NCBI GenBank assembly: GCA_963711565.1
Contig: CAVQEQ010000004.1
Coordinates: 1,536,001 to 1,600,000, forward strand
DNA length: 64,000 nucleotides
Direction: 5' to 3'
Source: an uncultured delta proteobacterium
GTDB taxonomy: Bacteria; Desulfobacterota; Binatia; Binatales; Binataceae
The notes under the pieces: model-generated
Seen by the model: the letters and a program-made list of their open reading frames with translations, nothing else
What the model was told of the DNA's origin: nothing
Databases searched by the model: none
Position numbers and translations under genes: made by a program
Shown here: positions 7,214 to 18,056 of the stretch, in pieces
Position numbering within the stretch: the stretch's first letter is position 1
Layout: every line of letters begins with the position of its first letter

Positions 7214-10200
7214 CTACTTCTTGACCTTGGGCGCCTTGCCGGTGCCGGATAGCGGGATCACCTGCGGATTTCCGGTCGCGTCGTCGGTGACGGTTAACTG
7301 TCCAGTTTGCAAAGAGGTGTCCGGCGGAGTGAAGGTCACAAAAACCTTACAGCTCTTTCCGGGCGCCAACACTTTGTCGCATTGGGTCTTTACCGCGAAT
7401 GGAGAGTCAGTCGTCTCGCCATTGACCATGATGTCGATCTTGGACTTCTTCGGACTGGTGTTCTTGATCGTGATCTTCTTGGCCTTGCTGGTTTTGTTAA
7501 CCACGTCCTTATCGCCGAAACTCACCGGATCCGGATTGAACGACAGCGTACCCTCAGGTGTCGGCGTCCCGGTTGGAGTCGCGGTCACGGTCGGCGTCGG
7601 AGTTGCCGTCCTCGTCGCAGTCGCAGTCGTGGTCGCAGTCGATGTCGCGGTTGCGGTCGCCGTCCTGGTCGCAGTCGCGGTGGGAGTTGCCGTCCGCGAA
7701 CTGGTTGACGTTGACGTTGCCGTCGGTGTCGCCGTTGTCGTCGCGGTCCTGGTTGGGGTCGCGGTCGGGGTTGCCGTCCGCGAACCGGTCGAGGTCGGTG
7801 TCAACGTCGGGGTTGACGTTGCAGTCCTGGTTGCGGTTCCGGTGGCGGTCGCCGTGCTGGTTGGCGTCGCGGTCCTCGTTGCGGTGGAAGTCGCCGTCGG
7901 TCCAGTCGTACCCGTCGCGGTTGCGGTCGGAGTGGCCGTCCGGGTTGAGGTGGCAGTGGCCGTAGGCGTTGGAGTCGTCGTGGCGCCGGTCGGAGTCGCG
8001 GTCGGAGTGGGCTTTACGAACGGCGTCGGGCACGTGTTACCCGCCGGATTGATCTCGGTCAAAAACGCGTTGGTGCTGCTCACGCCCGCCGCATTGTTGA
8101 AGAGTTGGAACCCATTCGACGTGACTGGGAAGTCCGTCGAGTAGGTGGTTCCGGCCACGTAAATGTTCTTGCCGACCGGATCGTATCCCAGCCCCAGTCC
8201 GACGTCGGCCATTCCCGAGCCGCCGAGCAAGCTCGAATAGACCAACTGATCCGTTGCGTTTGAATTTGTCGTGTCGAGCGCGGACACGAACGCCGTTATC
8301 GGCACCGTTTCATCATCGAACGTTATACCGCTGCTGTTATTCGTCGCCTGGCACTTATTGGTGCTGAGCGGAAATGGAGTGGTACCTCCTTGCGCCGCCG
8401 ATGTCGTGAGCCCAGTCAAGTAGACAATGCCGCTATGCTCCGCCATCGCTCCTATAGCGTCTCCAAGCCCGACATCGACAAGCCCGTCGAACACGATGTC
8501 GAAACCGGTCCCGCCGAAGTAGGTTGAATAGAGTATCTGGCCGAGCCCAGCAGTGTCACTTGGGTCTATCTCAGTGACAAATCCTGTGAACGCAGGGATA
8601 CCCGCGCTCGTTTGGGCATTGTTGTGTTCCTCAAACGGAGGATTCGTCGTGGTGACCCCGGCCAGGTTGCCGTCCACGGGAAAATTCGCCGAGGCCGTCA
8701 AGCCTGCGACGTATATATTTCCCGAGTCGAGTACGATTGCGGTTCCAACGTCGCCAATAGCTAAAATCGAATCGCCTAAAAACGAGAGATCAGCCCCTGA
8801 ACCACCCAGGTAGCTGGCGTACGTCAACGAAGTTCCAGTGAGCGTACCGGTCCCGGTCGGATTGAACTCGGCGACGAACGCATTGCTGGTGCCTTCGCTG
8901 GTGCTGCCCAGGAATGTGCCTTGCGTCGCGTTCTTAGTCGGGATGTTGTCCGAGAACGCCGCACCCGTTATCGCTACTTCGGTGGCTGATTCGACCGAGA
9001 TGCCAAGGCCAACGTCGCCGGCGCCAGCCGTACTATTTCCGGTCCCGCCGTAGTAGCTCGAATAGACGGGCGTGGATCCTTCCCCGTCTCCTCCGACCAC
9101 CATGATGAACGCGTTGCTCAATCCGCCCTCTCCGCCAGCGAGGTTGGACTGCGCCGCATTGGAGGTCACGACAAACCCGTCAGGGCCGGTCGTGGGCACC
9201 ACCGGCGAGCCGGCCGTGCTCTGCGTGCTGCCGACGATGTACGCATCGCAATCCGTCGTGCAGCCCGGCACCAGCGCGACGCGGGCCGCCGTCGCATTCA
9301 GGGCGCCCGGGATATAGCACGAGTAAACCACGCTGTGGCCGTCCGCATCCAACTCACTCACAAACCCCTGGTTGGTATTTGCTTTGACGCCGATATTGGT
9401 CTGGCCCCACGCTCCGCACGACGAGGTGCCGGGAAAAGGATCCGAAGGTGAATCATTCACCTGGCCCGAGTAGGTCTGTCCGACGACGTACGCCTCGCCG
9501 TCGCCGTCAACGGCGATGCCAAATCCGAGATCGCCGTCGCCCTTGCCGACCGCGTCGGGATCGCTGGTTTTCGTATCGCCATTGGAGCCGAGGTAGGTCG
9601 CGTAAACCAGCGAACTGGCGCCGCTTAGAGTCGTATTGAACTTCGCAACGTAGACGTTTGGATTCTGCGTCGGAGGAGAATTCGCGCCCAGCAGCGACGG
9701 AAACGCCGCCGTCTCCGAAAGCGCACCATGGGTCGGCAGATCGTTCGAGTACGCGGACCCGGTAATGTATGCCTTCGCCGACGAATCGAGCGCGAGGTCC
9801 ACTCCAGTTTCAGAATCAATCAGGCCGGTGTCGTTCCCCAGGAACGACGAGAATTGCTCGAGGTTCAGCGGGCCGGTGCTCGAACCGTCGCCGCCGAAAT
9901 AAGTGGAGTATGGAATCGTATCGACGGTCGGATCGATAAACAGCGGCTTGGCGCGATCGTAGCTTGCCAGCTCAAATCCGACCTCGCGCGTTGTGATTCC
10001 GGCCACTACCGTGCTGTCTTTCGCGAGTTTGAAACTGCCTTCAATCGGCGTGCGGCTACCGTCGGCATTCTGCTGATAGTTCTTCGGCTTGGCGATCCTG
10101 ATCGTTCCGGAAACGGTCGCAATTACGATGTCACCTGACGCAGTCTGCGTGGTCTGCGCCGGACCCTCGATCGCAAACTTGATCTTCGAGGTATCCGCGC

Positions 10201-10807
10201 CCGGCGCCGCTATCAGATCGTACTCTAGCGCGCTGGGCGTGCCGTAATAGACCACGTCGACGCCCGGGTACACGTTGTTGAATCGCACGCGACCGAAGGT
10301 CGGGATGTCGCGATGCCAGTTCTTTTTGTTCCCAATCAGGTAATTGACGCGGCCCGGCAGCGGCTCCAGCCCCTCGGCTTGCGGATGCGGATTCGCACCG
10401 ACCAGGCGCACTCGCACCGCCGACTCGGTGAGATGGGTATCGTCCCCATGCCTGCCCGACAATGCGTTCGCCAGCGGACTCTTGTGAAACACGCCACCGA
10501 TCAGAGAGAACGTCGCAGCGTCATCGGTCAGAAACAGCGAGTAGCGTCCACTGCGCGAAAGATAGCGCACGCTTGGATTGACCTGCCCCCGATTCACTTC
10601 GAAGTACAGCGGCAGTCCGGCGATTTTGGCCATCGCCTCCTGCTTGGCCTGTTGGGGGTTCTTGACCGCCTCCGACGACGAGGTCATCGCCGTCCCGGTT
10701 CGCGATCCCAAGGTCAGGACCACGAACGCCAAAATCGCGAGCGCGCCAATCGAGGCCGCGATCGTTAACCGTGCGCGCAGCGAAATGCCGGAATTACGAA
10801 CCGTCAT
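7214..10807 (-). CDS. Large exported beta-propeller (SBBP-repeat) protein with Thr-rich linker and C-terminal ASH/Ig-like domain
   Basis: N-terminal TM/signal; [33 protein letters not shown] domain; repeated YSTYFGG/IAVD..YVAG.T.S..FP; TPTATAT linker; [20 protein letters not shown]. Confidence 0.85.
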   Translation of the reverse strand: MTVRNSGISLRARLTIAASIGALAILAFVVLTLGSRTGTAMTSSSEAVKNPQQAKQEAMAKIAGLPLYFEVNRGQVNPSVRYLSRSGRYSLFLTDDAATFSLIGGVFHKSPLANALSGRHGDDTHLTESAVRVRLVGANPHPQAEGLEPLPGRVNYLIGNKKNWHRDIPTFGRVRFNNVYPGVDVVYYGTPSALEYDLIAAPGADTSKIKFAIEGPAQTTQTASGDIVIATVSGTIRIAKPKNYQQNADGSRTPIEGSFKLAKDSTVVAGITTREVGFELASYDRAKPLFIDPTVDTIPYSTYFGGDGSSTGPLNLEQFSSFLGNDTGLIDSETGVDLALDSSAKAYITGSAYSNDLPTHGALSETAAFPSLLGANSPPTQNPNVYVAKFNTTLSGASSLVYATYLGSNGDTKTSDPDAVGKGDGDLGFGIAVDGDGEAYVVGQTYSGQVNDSPSDPFPGTSSCGAWGQTNIGVKANTNQGFVSELDADGHSVVYSCYIPGALNATAARVALVPGCTTDCDAYIVGSTQSTAGSPVVPTTGPDGFVVTSNAAQSNLAGGEGGLSNAFIMVVGGDGEGSTPVYSSYYGGTGNSTAGAGDVGLGISVESATEVAITGAAFSDNIPTKNATQGTFLGSTSEGTSNAFVAEFNPTGTGTLTGTSLTYASYLGGSGADLSFLGDSILAIGDVGTAIVLDSGNIYVAGLTASANFPVDGNLAGVTTTNPPFEEHNNAQTSAGIPAFTGFVTEIDPSDTAGLGQILYSTYFGGTGFDIVFDGLVDVGLGDAIGAMAEHSGIVYLTGLTTSAAQGGTTPFPLSTNKCQATNNSSGITFDDETVPITAFVSALDTTNSNATDQLVYSSLLGGSGMADVGLGLGYDPVGKNIYVAGTTYSTDFPVTSNGFQLFNNAAGVSSTNAFLTEINPAGNTCPTPFVKPTPTATPTGATTTPTPTATATSTRTATPTATATGTTGPTATSTATRTATPTSTATATGTATRTATSTPTLTPTSTGSRTATPTATPTRTATTTATPTATSTSTSSRTATPTATATRTATATATSTATTTATATRTATPTPTVTATPTGTPTPEGTLSFNPDPVSFGDKDVVNKTSKAKKITIKNTSPKKSKIDIMVNGETTDSPFAVKTQCDKVLAPGKSCKVFVTFTPPDTSLQTGQLTVTDDATGNPQVIPLSGTGKAPKVKK
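7555..8015 (-). repeat. Low-complexity coding repeat (TATPTATRT linker)
   Basis: Imperfect tandem gtcgc/gttgc units encoding about 150 aa of Thr/Ala/Pro. Confidence 0.8.
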
Positions 10808-11122
10808 GATGCTCCTCCCTGTAAAAAACCCACCTTGCAAGACTTAAAACTCTCAGCCCACGTTAATGATTACTGCGGGCACAAAATTTCAAGATTGCGA
10901 TTAAGTACCATTACGCCCATTTAAAGACAAGGAAATCGTCCACAGCGATCTAAAAGCGTCACGTTCAATAGTTCCAGACTACTTGGCAACAGCGTGCGAT
11001 TGAGCCAAAGAAAGCTTTGTCTAGCGTACGATTGTGCTTGATCAGGAGGCGGCGACGCAGATCACTGCTGCCGGATGGGGCGTGGAACCCCGCGTGGCGG
11101 GATTCACATCAAACGAGGATGC

Positions 11123-14074
11123 TCACCTGCCGACCCCGCTCAGCTTGACCTTGACGGTGCGATGCTTCGGGTCGCTGCTCGTGATTTCTAGCACTTCCCG
11201 TGCAGTACCCTTCGCGGTCGGCGCGAACTGAATTGCGATCGTCGTCGAGCCATGCGGATCGACGATAAACTCGCCGCCACTCACCGCGAACGGCGCGCCC
11301 AGCGTCGGCACCGATGCGGCCAGCGTCACGGTCCCGCCGTTCCCGATCTCGATCGTGCGGGAGCCCGAACTGCTCCCGATCGCGACCTTGCCGAACTTCA
11401 ACGACTTCGGCCTCAGCTTCAGCTTGCCGCCCATCGCCTGGGTCGGCGTTGGCGACGCGGTCGGGGTCGTAGTCGCGGTTGCGGTTGCCGTCGCCGTCGA
11501 TGTGGCGAGCGCCGTCGCAGTTGCGGTCGCGGTCATCGTCGTCGTCGCGGTCGGCGACGCGGTGGCGGTTGCGGTCGCCGTAGCTGTAGCAGTCGGCGTG
11601 GGCGTCGCGAATATGCCGTCATAGACCATCGAGCGATTGTTCTGCGTGTCCGCCACGTAGAGGTCGACATTGGCGTCGAGCGCGACCGCGTCCGGCGCGC
11701 ACAAACTGTCGGCGCCGAGTCCGAATAAGTCGCCCGGCGCGATTCCGTTATCGCATCCCGAAGTCGTGAAGCTGCCCGCGTCGCCCTGCCCTATCACCAT
11801 CACCGCCGCGGTATCCGAGCTGAACGGCGGCTCGTACTCGAGCACGCGATCATTGCTCGCGTCGGCCACCCACAGGTCGCCGAACAAGTCGAGCATCAAT
11901 CCCGCCGGCGCGCACAACGTGGCCGCACCCGGTGCCGCCGCACCGCGATTGCATTTCGACGCCGTGAAATCGCCGCCCTGGCCGAACACCCGCGAGGCAT
12001 CCTGCGTCCCCGCCAGTGGCGCGTCGATTTCAAGCACGCGATTGTTGCCCGAGTCGGCGACAAACAGATCGCCCGACGCATCGATCGCCACGCCGCCCGG
12101 ATTGCACATCCCCTGATTGCTCGCCGGCGGATTCGCACCCGCGCCGTTCGCGCATACCGTGTCGGAGAAATCCGCAATCCCCGCCTGCCCGTACGCGCGA
12201 CTCGCAATCGCATCCGACGCGCTTGGCGGAGTGCCGGCTGGCGCGAATTCGAGCACCCGGTTGTTCCCGGCGTCCGCAATATAGATGTTACCGGCGCCGT
12301 CGAGCACCGACGACGACGGATTGCACAGGGTCGTCGCATTCGCGCCGCTCGGATTGCAGGTCCGCGTCGTGAACGCGCCCAGTTGCCCGTAGACGAAATC
12401 CGCCGACCCGTCACCCGCGCCCGGCTCGCCGCTGGCCGTGTTGAAGGGGGCGTTGTACACCAGCACCCGATTGTTGCCCGAATCGGCGACGTACAGATTT
12501 CCATTCTGATCGACCGTCATCCGCGCCGGACCGCAGAGGCTGTCGGCGCCGAGTCCCGCAAGGTCGCCCGCCGCGACGCCGTTGTTGCACTTGTACGAGA
12601 ACAGGTCGGGCTGCCCCAGCACGATATCGGCCGGCTCGGCGGCGACGAACAACGTCACGTCCCTCCAGCCGAGCACGCGATTGTTGGTGGTGTCGGCGAC
12701 ATAAAGATGGCGATACGGCGGCTGCGACGTCGCATCGACCGCGATTCCGCCGGGCGCGTGCGCGCCAATCGCATCGACGAAGTTCGGCCCGTTATGCGAT
12801 CGATCGATCTGTCCACCGGCGCCGTTCGCCACGGTATTGCCGGGCGAGCCGGACTCGTTGAACTCGAGCACGCGGTTGTTCGCCTGGTCGGCGACGTAGA
12901 GATTGTTGCTCGCGTCGATCGCCAGGCCCATCGGGAATTGCAGCGACGCGGCGTTCGGATTCTGCGCGCCGGGTCCGATCTCAAGATTGAGCAGATCCGC
13001 CGCCATCAGCGGCACCGGCTGCGTGTACTCGTACACCTGGTTATGCGCCTCCGATGAGACGTAAAAATTCTGATTCGAATCCGCGGCGACCCCCGAAGGC
13101 AGCGCGAGGTTGTCGCCCTCGAAGACCAGATCCGCGGCGACGTTATTCGCCTGCCCGTAACCGAACGGGCCGTTGTACTCGAGCGCGCGATTGTTCTCGG
13201 TATCCGGAACGTAGAGATTGTCGGCGACATCGACCGCAATCCCGACGCCGAAAAACGGCGTCATGCACAAGCTCGTCAACGTCGCGCTCCCACCCTGGTT
13301 GCACGCGCCGCTGAACAGGTTCGGCTGCCCAATCGCCACGTCGGCTGTCGCGTCGCCGAAATTTCCCGGCGTCCCGGCGACCGACGTCATCGGGAACGGC
13401 GAGAAAAAAACCAGCGCGCGATTGTTGTTCACGTCGGCCACGAACAGATTGCCCGTCGCATCGAGCGCCACGCCCTGCGGACTGCTCATGCTGTTGGGGC
13501 CGAGCCCGCCTTCGTTCGCGCCGTTGGTGACAAAGCTCCCCGCCTGCCCGAACACCGCGTCAGCCGCAAAATCGCTCGCCTGACCGCTCCCGCTAAGCAA
13601 CGCGAATGGATCTTCAAACACCACCACCCGGTTGTTGAGCGCATCGCCGACGTACACGCGATGCGCCAAATCGACCGCCACGCCAATCGGGCGGCACAGG
13701 CTGCTCGCACTCGGTGCCGGCGCGTTCTGATTGCATCCCGACGAATTGAAATCCTGCTGGCCGATCACGATATCCGCCGCCCCGCCCGACGCGAACGCCG
13801 ACGCGCTGATCCACCCCATCACGCGATTATTTTGCGAATCGGCCACAAGCACATGGCCCGCGGCCTGGTCGATCGCCACGCCGGCCGGCGCATTCATCCC
13901 GATCGCATCGACAAAGTTGACCTGGTTGTTGGTGAAATCGATCTGCCCCAGCACGCGGTCCGCGCTCGGCGCGCCGACTCCCGCACGCAACACCCCGCGC
14001 ATTATTTCCGTCGCGAGCGCGATCACGATAAGCGCGAGAAGAACGATCCCGCCAGTTCGCAAACCAGGGCGCAC
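11123..14074 (-). CDS. Exported NHL-repeat protein with Thr-rich linker and C-terminal ASH/Ig-like domain
   Basis: More than ten P.GVA.D..GNLYVAD..NNRVL repeats alternating with AD.V.GQ.DF; TATATAT linker; FAPTAKG..LSGVG terminus. Confidence 0.87.
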   Translation of the reverse strand: MRPGLRTGGIVLLALIVIALATEIMRGVLRAGVGAPSADRVLGQIDFTNNQVNFVDAIGMNAPAGVAIDQAAGHVLVADSQNNRVMGWISASAFASGGAADIVIGQQDFNSSGCNQNAPAPSASSLCRPIGVAVDLAHRVYVGDALNNRVVVFEDPFALLSGSGQASDFAADAVFGQAGSFVTNGANEGGLGPNSMSSPQGVALDATGNLFVADVNNNRALVFFSPFPMTSVAGTPGNFGDATADVAIGQPNLFSGACNQGGSATLTSLCMTPFFGVGIAVDVADNLYVPDTENNRALEYNGPFGYGQANNVAADLVFEGDNLALPSGVAADSNQNFYVSSEAHNQVYEYTQPVPLMAADLLNLEIGPGAQNPNAASLQFPMGLAIDASNNLYVADQANNRVLEFNESGSPGNTVANGAGGQIDRSHNGPNFVDAIGAHAPGGIAVDATSQPPYRHLYVADTTNNRVLGWRDVTLFVAAEPADIVLGQPDLFSYKCNNGVAAGDLAGLGADSLCGPARMTVDQNGNLYVADSGNNRVLVYNAPFNTASGEPGAGDGSADFVYGQLGAFTTRTCNPSGANATTLCNPSSSVLDGAGNIYIADAGNNRVLEFAPAGTPPSASDAIASRAYGQAGIADFSDTVCANGAGANPPASNQGMCNPGGVAIDASGDLFVADSGNNRVLEIDAPLAGTQDASRVFGQGGDFTASKCNRGAAAPGAATLCAPAGLMLDLFGDLWVADASNDRVLEYEPPFSSDTAAVMVIGQGDAGSFTTSGCDNGIAPGDLFGLGADSLCAPDAVALDANVDLYVADTQNNRSMVYDGIFATPTPTATATATATATASPTATTTMTATATATALATSTATATATATTTPTASPTPTQAMGGKLKLRPKSLKFGKVAIGSSSGSRTIEIGNGGTVTLAASVPTLGAPFAVSGGEFIVDPHGSTTIAIQFAPTAKGTAREVLEITSSDPKHRTVKVKLSGVGR

Positions 14075-14372
14075 ACACCCTCCCCGCCGACCTGGAGGTG
14101 CGACTTCCGACGCGATGCGACTGTGCGAAGACTAAACGGAAGGCGTAATCCGGCTGCGTGTAAACTAACTGTCAAACTCAGCATAGCTCCCAGTGGAGCG
14201 TTCTAGAACATGCGCGGAGTTCCTCAAAGCACATTTTCATCACTATTCTCAGCAAAGGGTCCAAGCGAAAGGCGACGCGCCAAGATGCGCGGCTGAAAAA
14301 CACGGTCGAGCATCACTTCGATTTGTAGGAATTCCGAAAGGCGATCAAGCCGCTGATCGCGACGAAGAGGCG

Positions 14373-14705
14373 CTAAGCAGTTTTACGCGCAGCCTGTTTA
14401 CCAAGCTTCTTTTTGATTTCACGTGACCGCGACGAAATAATATCGCGAACCAACGCCGAGTCAAAAGGATCGATCCCTTCAATCTTCACTTTGGCCAGTA
14501 GTCCATCCTCACCATACAGTTTGGCGAGCATACCGAAGGATTCGTCAAAAAATGAAACGGAGGTAATCTGCATCCCTGTGAAATCTACGACAACTGGAAA
14601 CGAGTCCTGAGCGATCGCTTCCTCAATCAAGGTTCGCATCTTCTGGCCATGTTCTCGCGAAACCACGTCGTCGCCCAATTGTGTTTTAACTTCAATACGT
14701 TTCAT
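14373..14705 (-). CDS. STAS-like domain protein (DUF4325-like)
   Basis: SREHGQKMR..VVVDFTGMQITSVSFFDESFG.L; overlaps the 3' end of the upstream ATPase gene. Confidence 0.75.
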   Translation of the reverse strand: MKRIEVKTQLGDDVVSREHGQKMRTLIEEAIAQDSFPVVVDFTGMQITSVSFFDESFGMLAKLYGEDGLLAKVKIEGIDPFDSALVRDIISSRSREIKKKLGKQAARKTA

Positions 14706-15600
14706 TGCCGTTGTCCTCATCCCCCAGAACGTACAATCCTCTCTGGGTAGGAACGAGCGAAAGAAAAACTGCTGTACCGGGGAATATTCCATCGATCTTG
14801 TCTGTCTTCGGTCGGCGGTCTGGCCGAAAACGAACTCTACCCTTACCTGATATTATAGTCATTGTACCGCCGTTGACACGGACGAAGCGACGAATAACGT
14901 CCAAACCCCGACCACGATTGGTGGCGACCGCAGAAACCCCCGGCTCTGTCGCTAATTCGATGAGGTGCGGATCGCTTCTCATGCGACGATACCGATCCAC
15001 GCCACGCAAACTCGTCGGTATTCCCTTCCCTAAATCGAGCAGACAGAGCGTTATCCGATTTCGATATTTGTGGCCAGAGACCCAAGCCCCTGTCGCCGAG
15101 CCAGAATGTTCGGCGAAATTTTGCACCAATTCAAGAAGCGACATTCGCATCGACGGCTTTAGACCCGGAGCAAACGGCTGCAACGATTCGAGGAAATTTA
15201 AGAGACCGTCTATGAACAGCGGTTCGAGTTCGCGTATGTGAACCAAATCAACGCGATTTCTGTCCGGTTGTCTAGGCCTGAACTGATCTCCCAAGCCGAT
15301 AGATTCGTAGAAGCCAGCGTTCTGCAAATATGCGTGTACATTCGCCCTCGTTGGTGGGCGAACCAAAATCTTTGTGATGGCCTCCTGACCGCTGCATCGA
15401 TCCAAACAAGCCGCAAGATACGTCAAGCCAAAGGAATCCAAAAACTCCACCGAGGACAAATCAACCAAAAGTTCCCGTGGCATCTCTGGCGCTAGCAGCG
15501 GCAACGTCTGGCGTAGAAGCGGGTTTGCCCAACCAATGGTGGAAAGTCTGTAGAACGGGAACCGAGGCGGTCCCATTAATATTTCCGTGCCAAGTCCCAT
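14692..15600 (-). CDS. STAS-like plus GHKL (HATPase) anti-sigma-kinase-like protein; start uncertain (15576-15645)
   Basis: VDLSSVEFLDSFGL (STAS), ELVQNFAEHS (N box), DLGKGI (G1), GRGL (G2), FPGT. Confidence 0.75.
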   Translation of the reverse strand: MGLGTEILMGPPRFPFYRLSTIGWANPLLRQTLPLLAPEMPRELLVDLSSVEFLDSFGLTYLAACLDRCSGQEAITKILVRPPTRANVHAYLQNAGFYESIGLGDQFRPRQPDRNRVDLVHIRELEPLFIDGLLNFLESLQPFAPGLKPSMRMSLLELVQNFAEHSGSATGAWVSGHKYRNRITLCLLDLGKGIPTSLRGVDRYRRMRSDPHLIELATEPGVSAVATNRGRGLDVIRRFVRVNGGTMTIISGKGRVRFRPDRRPKTDKIDGIFPGTAVFLSLVPTQRGLYVLGDEDNGNETY

Positions 15601-15657
15601 GCGAGAGGGCATTAAACACTGGAACGCGCGCCGATGCCAAGTCACTTCCCTAGATTG

Positions 15658-15700
15658 AAAAAAACCGCGCGCCCCGCCGGGAGGCGACGAGGCGCGCAGT
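15658..15700 (-). terminator. Intrinsic terminator of the 15732-16316 gene
   Basis: Minus strand: gcgcgcctcgtc..ggcggggcgcgc followed by a run of 8 T. Confidence 0.65.
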
Positions 15701-15731
15701 CAGCAATCGCTATCAGCAACAATCCCGAGCG

Positions 15732-16316
15732 CTAGAACCCGTAGCCATAGCCGTAAGGCACGCCGCCGCAATTGAGCTCCGCATTATGCAGTTGCCCGAG
15801 CAGGTCGGCCGCCGCCGCCGGATGCCCGGTGTTGCGGTCCTGGTAGTACACATTGCGCAGATGCTGCGCCCATGCGCACGCTCCGCCCGCATAGCCGTAA
15901 GGCATTACATAGACGCCAGGCCCGCCGGCGTAGTAACCGCCGTCGTATCCACGATCGCCGTAGTTTCGGTAGTCGCGGTCGCCGTTATGGTCCGAGCGAT
16001 AGCGATCGTTTCGATAATCCCTTGAGTCACGATTCGCCGCTACCGCAGGCGCCGGATGCTCCGTGCGCACGCTGCGCTCATCGCGCGCCTCGTTGCGAGT
16101 GGCTGTCCTCGGCTCGGCTTTGCGCGCCGTTTCATTGGACCGCGCCGGAGCCTTGTTGTTATGCGCCGCCGTGGCATCGCGATGCGATTGCGATACCGCC
16201 GGATGCGAGTCGTTCTTGCCGCTATCGCGATCCTGTGCGGTGGCAACGATCGGCGTCGCCAGAAGCGCAAGCCCAATCAACCCCGTCATAATATTTTTTC
16301 TGAAGTTCATGGTCAT
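15732..16316 (-). CDS. Hypothetical secreted low-complexity protein
   Basis: Signal peptide (..LALLATPIVATAQ), disordered R/D/Y-rich middle, two C-terminal Cys; AGAGG RBS. Confidence 0.7.
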   Translation of the reverse strand: MTMNFRKNIMTGLIGLALLATPIVATAQDRDSGKNDSHPAVSQSHRDATAAHNNKAPARSNETARKAEPRTATRNEARDERSVRTEHPAPAVAANRDSRDYRNDRYRSDHNGDRDYRNYGDRGYDGGYYAGGPGVYVMPYGYAGGACAWAQHLRNVYYQDRNTGHPAAAADLLGQLHNAELNCGGVPYGYGYGF

Positions 16317-16603
16317 CAACCTCTAGACAGAGGTACAGCATCAAAGATGCCAATCCCGTCGAGGTAGAAAAGTCCTTGCAAACCCTTCTTTCTTGACGAT
16401 TCGGAACCGCGAAACACTCACGAATCAAAGAAATCGGCAAATTCTGCGATGACCCAATCCGGTCACCAAAAAACGAAAAATGTCGCGCGAAAAAGCAGCT
16501 TAATGCACGTTCAGACTTCGAGCGCCGACCACCATACCCGCCACCGCTGCGGGTTTCCAGATTCAGTTCAACCGTGCGCCCTGCCGCTACCGAGAGCCAC
16601 CGC

Positions 16604-16731
16604 CCCTGAGAGCAAAGTAGCGCGCTGCGCGCAACTTTGCGCTTCACACTGGGTGCAGGGGTCACCCCTGCCGAGGGCGCGGGGCGAGGAGCCCCGCATC
16701 TTTCCCCCCGCCGCGCAGGCGATTATTCTCT
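16604..16731 (-). repeat. Repeat family A, long form (about 130 bp)
   Basis: Near-identical reverse complement of 31091-31222, including the extra agcaaagt..actttgc hairpin. Confidence 0.88.
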
Positions 16732-16762
16732 GAACCCTCACCGACGGTACGCGAAGCTCTCT

Positions 16763-17608
16763 TCATGGATAAACTTTGATCGGCGATACGTCGGAACGAA
16801 ACGCGCTGGCCGACAGCACAAAGCGCGGTGCCGCGGAGCAGTTTGCCGCCGGAGCATGCAGTATCAGCGGATGCGCCAGGAATACATCGCCGGGTTCGCC
16901 GGTCATTTCATTCACGCGCATCTCTACTCCGCCGGCGACCTTGGTTCTATTTTTCATGAAGCGCTGAACGCGGCCAGCTTTTTCGTCCCTCGAACAGAGA
17001 GCCTTCACCCACGGGTACGCGCGAATCAGGCGCTTGCGAGCGTCGGCCGACGGCAGGTGTTCGATTCGCCCCTCGCGCGCGAGATTCTGCACCAGCTTGT
17101 GAGAACCGGCGACGAAAAGTGTTCCGCCTCCTCCCGGCGGCAACTTGGCCAGGCACGTGAAGATACGCACGCCGGTAAGGCCCAATGAACTACACGAAGC
17201 CGGGAAATCGAGATGCCAGAGGCTGCTGGGAACGTCCCAATGGTCTCTGGATTCCGGAAATGCGACCAACGGCGAGCCCCATCGCTCCGGCCGCTGCCAG
17301 TTTCCAGCCCCCAATAGCTCGTCCAGCGCGGCGCGAACGACTGCGCTGCCGGCCTGCTCAAAGGTTTCCGACTTCGGCAGATGACGAGTGCCGGTAAACC
17401 GATGTGCTCCACTGATCTGCTGCACTTCCACCGCGCCGCGTTCAGGTTCCGGCCACGTATCCGGCGCGTCGCGATGGATGTGATATCGGTCGCGAAGGCA
17501 ATTCCAGACGGTCGCCAGCATTTCCTCGGCCGCGGATTTCGCGACCGCGCCAGGCATCCGGACTATCCCGTATTGATCGAATTCATTGCGCTGTTCAGCG
17601 GTAAGCAT
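16763..17608 (-). CDS. Phytanoyl-CoA dioxygenase (PhyH)-family Fe/2OG oxygenase
   Basis: LT.EQ..FDQYG start, WHLD (HxD), GGT.FVAGSH, GEPGDV...HP.ILH...N....R. Confidence 0.85.
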   Translation of the reverse strand: MLTAEQRNEFDQYGIVRMPGAVAKSAAEEMLATVWNCLRDRYHIHRDAPDTWPEPERGAVEVQQISGAHRFTGTRHLPKSETFEQAGSAVVRAALDELLGAGNWQRPERWGSPLVAFPESRDHWDVPSSLWHLDFPASCSSLGLTGVRIFTCLAKLPPGGGGTLFVAGSHKLVQNLAREGRIEHLPSADARKRLIRAYPWVKALCSRDEKAGRVQRFMKNRTKVAGGVEMRVNEMTGEPGDVFLAHPLILHAPAANCSAAPRFVLSASAFRSDVSPIKVYP

Positions 17609-17854
17609 CGAGCACCTCCCGTTATACGCAGACCATAATTTCCGCGCACCTTGGTGAATTCATCAAAATGAAAACGCCTCGTGCTTGCCCACTCTGCCGT
17701 TTGAGGGGCAAACACGGGGCGTCCCCGTGTTCAGGCCTGCCTGCAATCCTGCAAAGCAAGCTCAGATATTTCGCGAATCGCGGGACCTAGTTACACCCGC
17801 TCGACCTACCGCTTTATGACAAACTTCCCGCGCCGTTACAACCAGCCTCTCCCC

Positions 17855-17945
17855 TAATAACACTGGGTGCAGAGCCTGTGCTGAGCTTGCCGAACGAGGT
17901 CACCCCTGCCGAAGGAGGTGCGGAACCCACCGCGGGTTCCGCATT
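17855..17945 (-). repeat. Repeat family A copy carrying an inserted ~22-bp module
   Basis: cactgggtgcag[agcctgtgctgagcttgccgaa]cgaggtcacccctgccgaagg..gcggaacccaccgcgggttccgc. Confidence 0.75.
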
Positions 17946-18056
17946 TAACAATGTGAATTTCTCTTCGCACCCACGTTTTGTAACCTCCCCATCAAGCCTG
18001 CTAATCTTCACCCCGAAAATTGCCCAACCATCGGTACCGGAAAGGAGACCGCGACC

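Noticed and set aside
7182-8144. 320-aa Val/Ala-rich plus-strand ORF
   Set aside because: Antisense shadow of the Thr-rich linker
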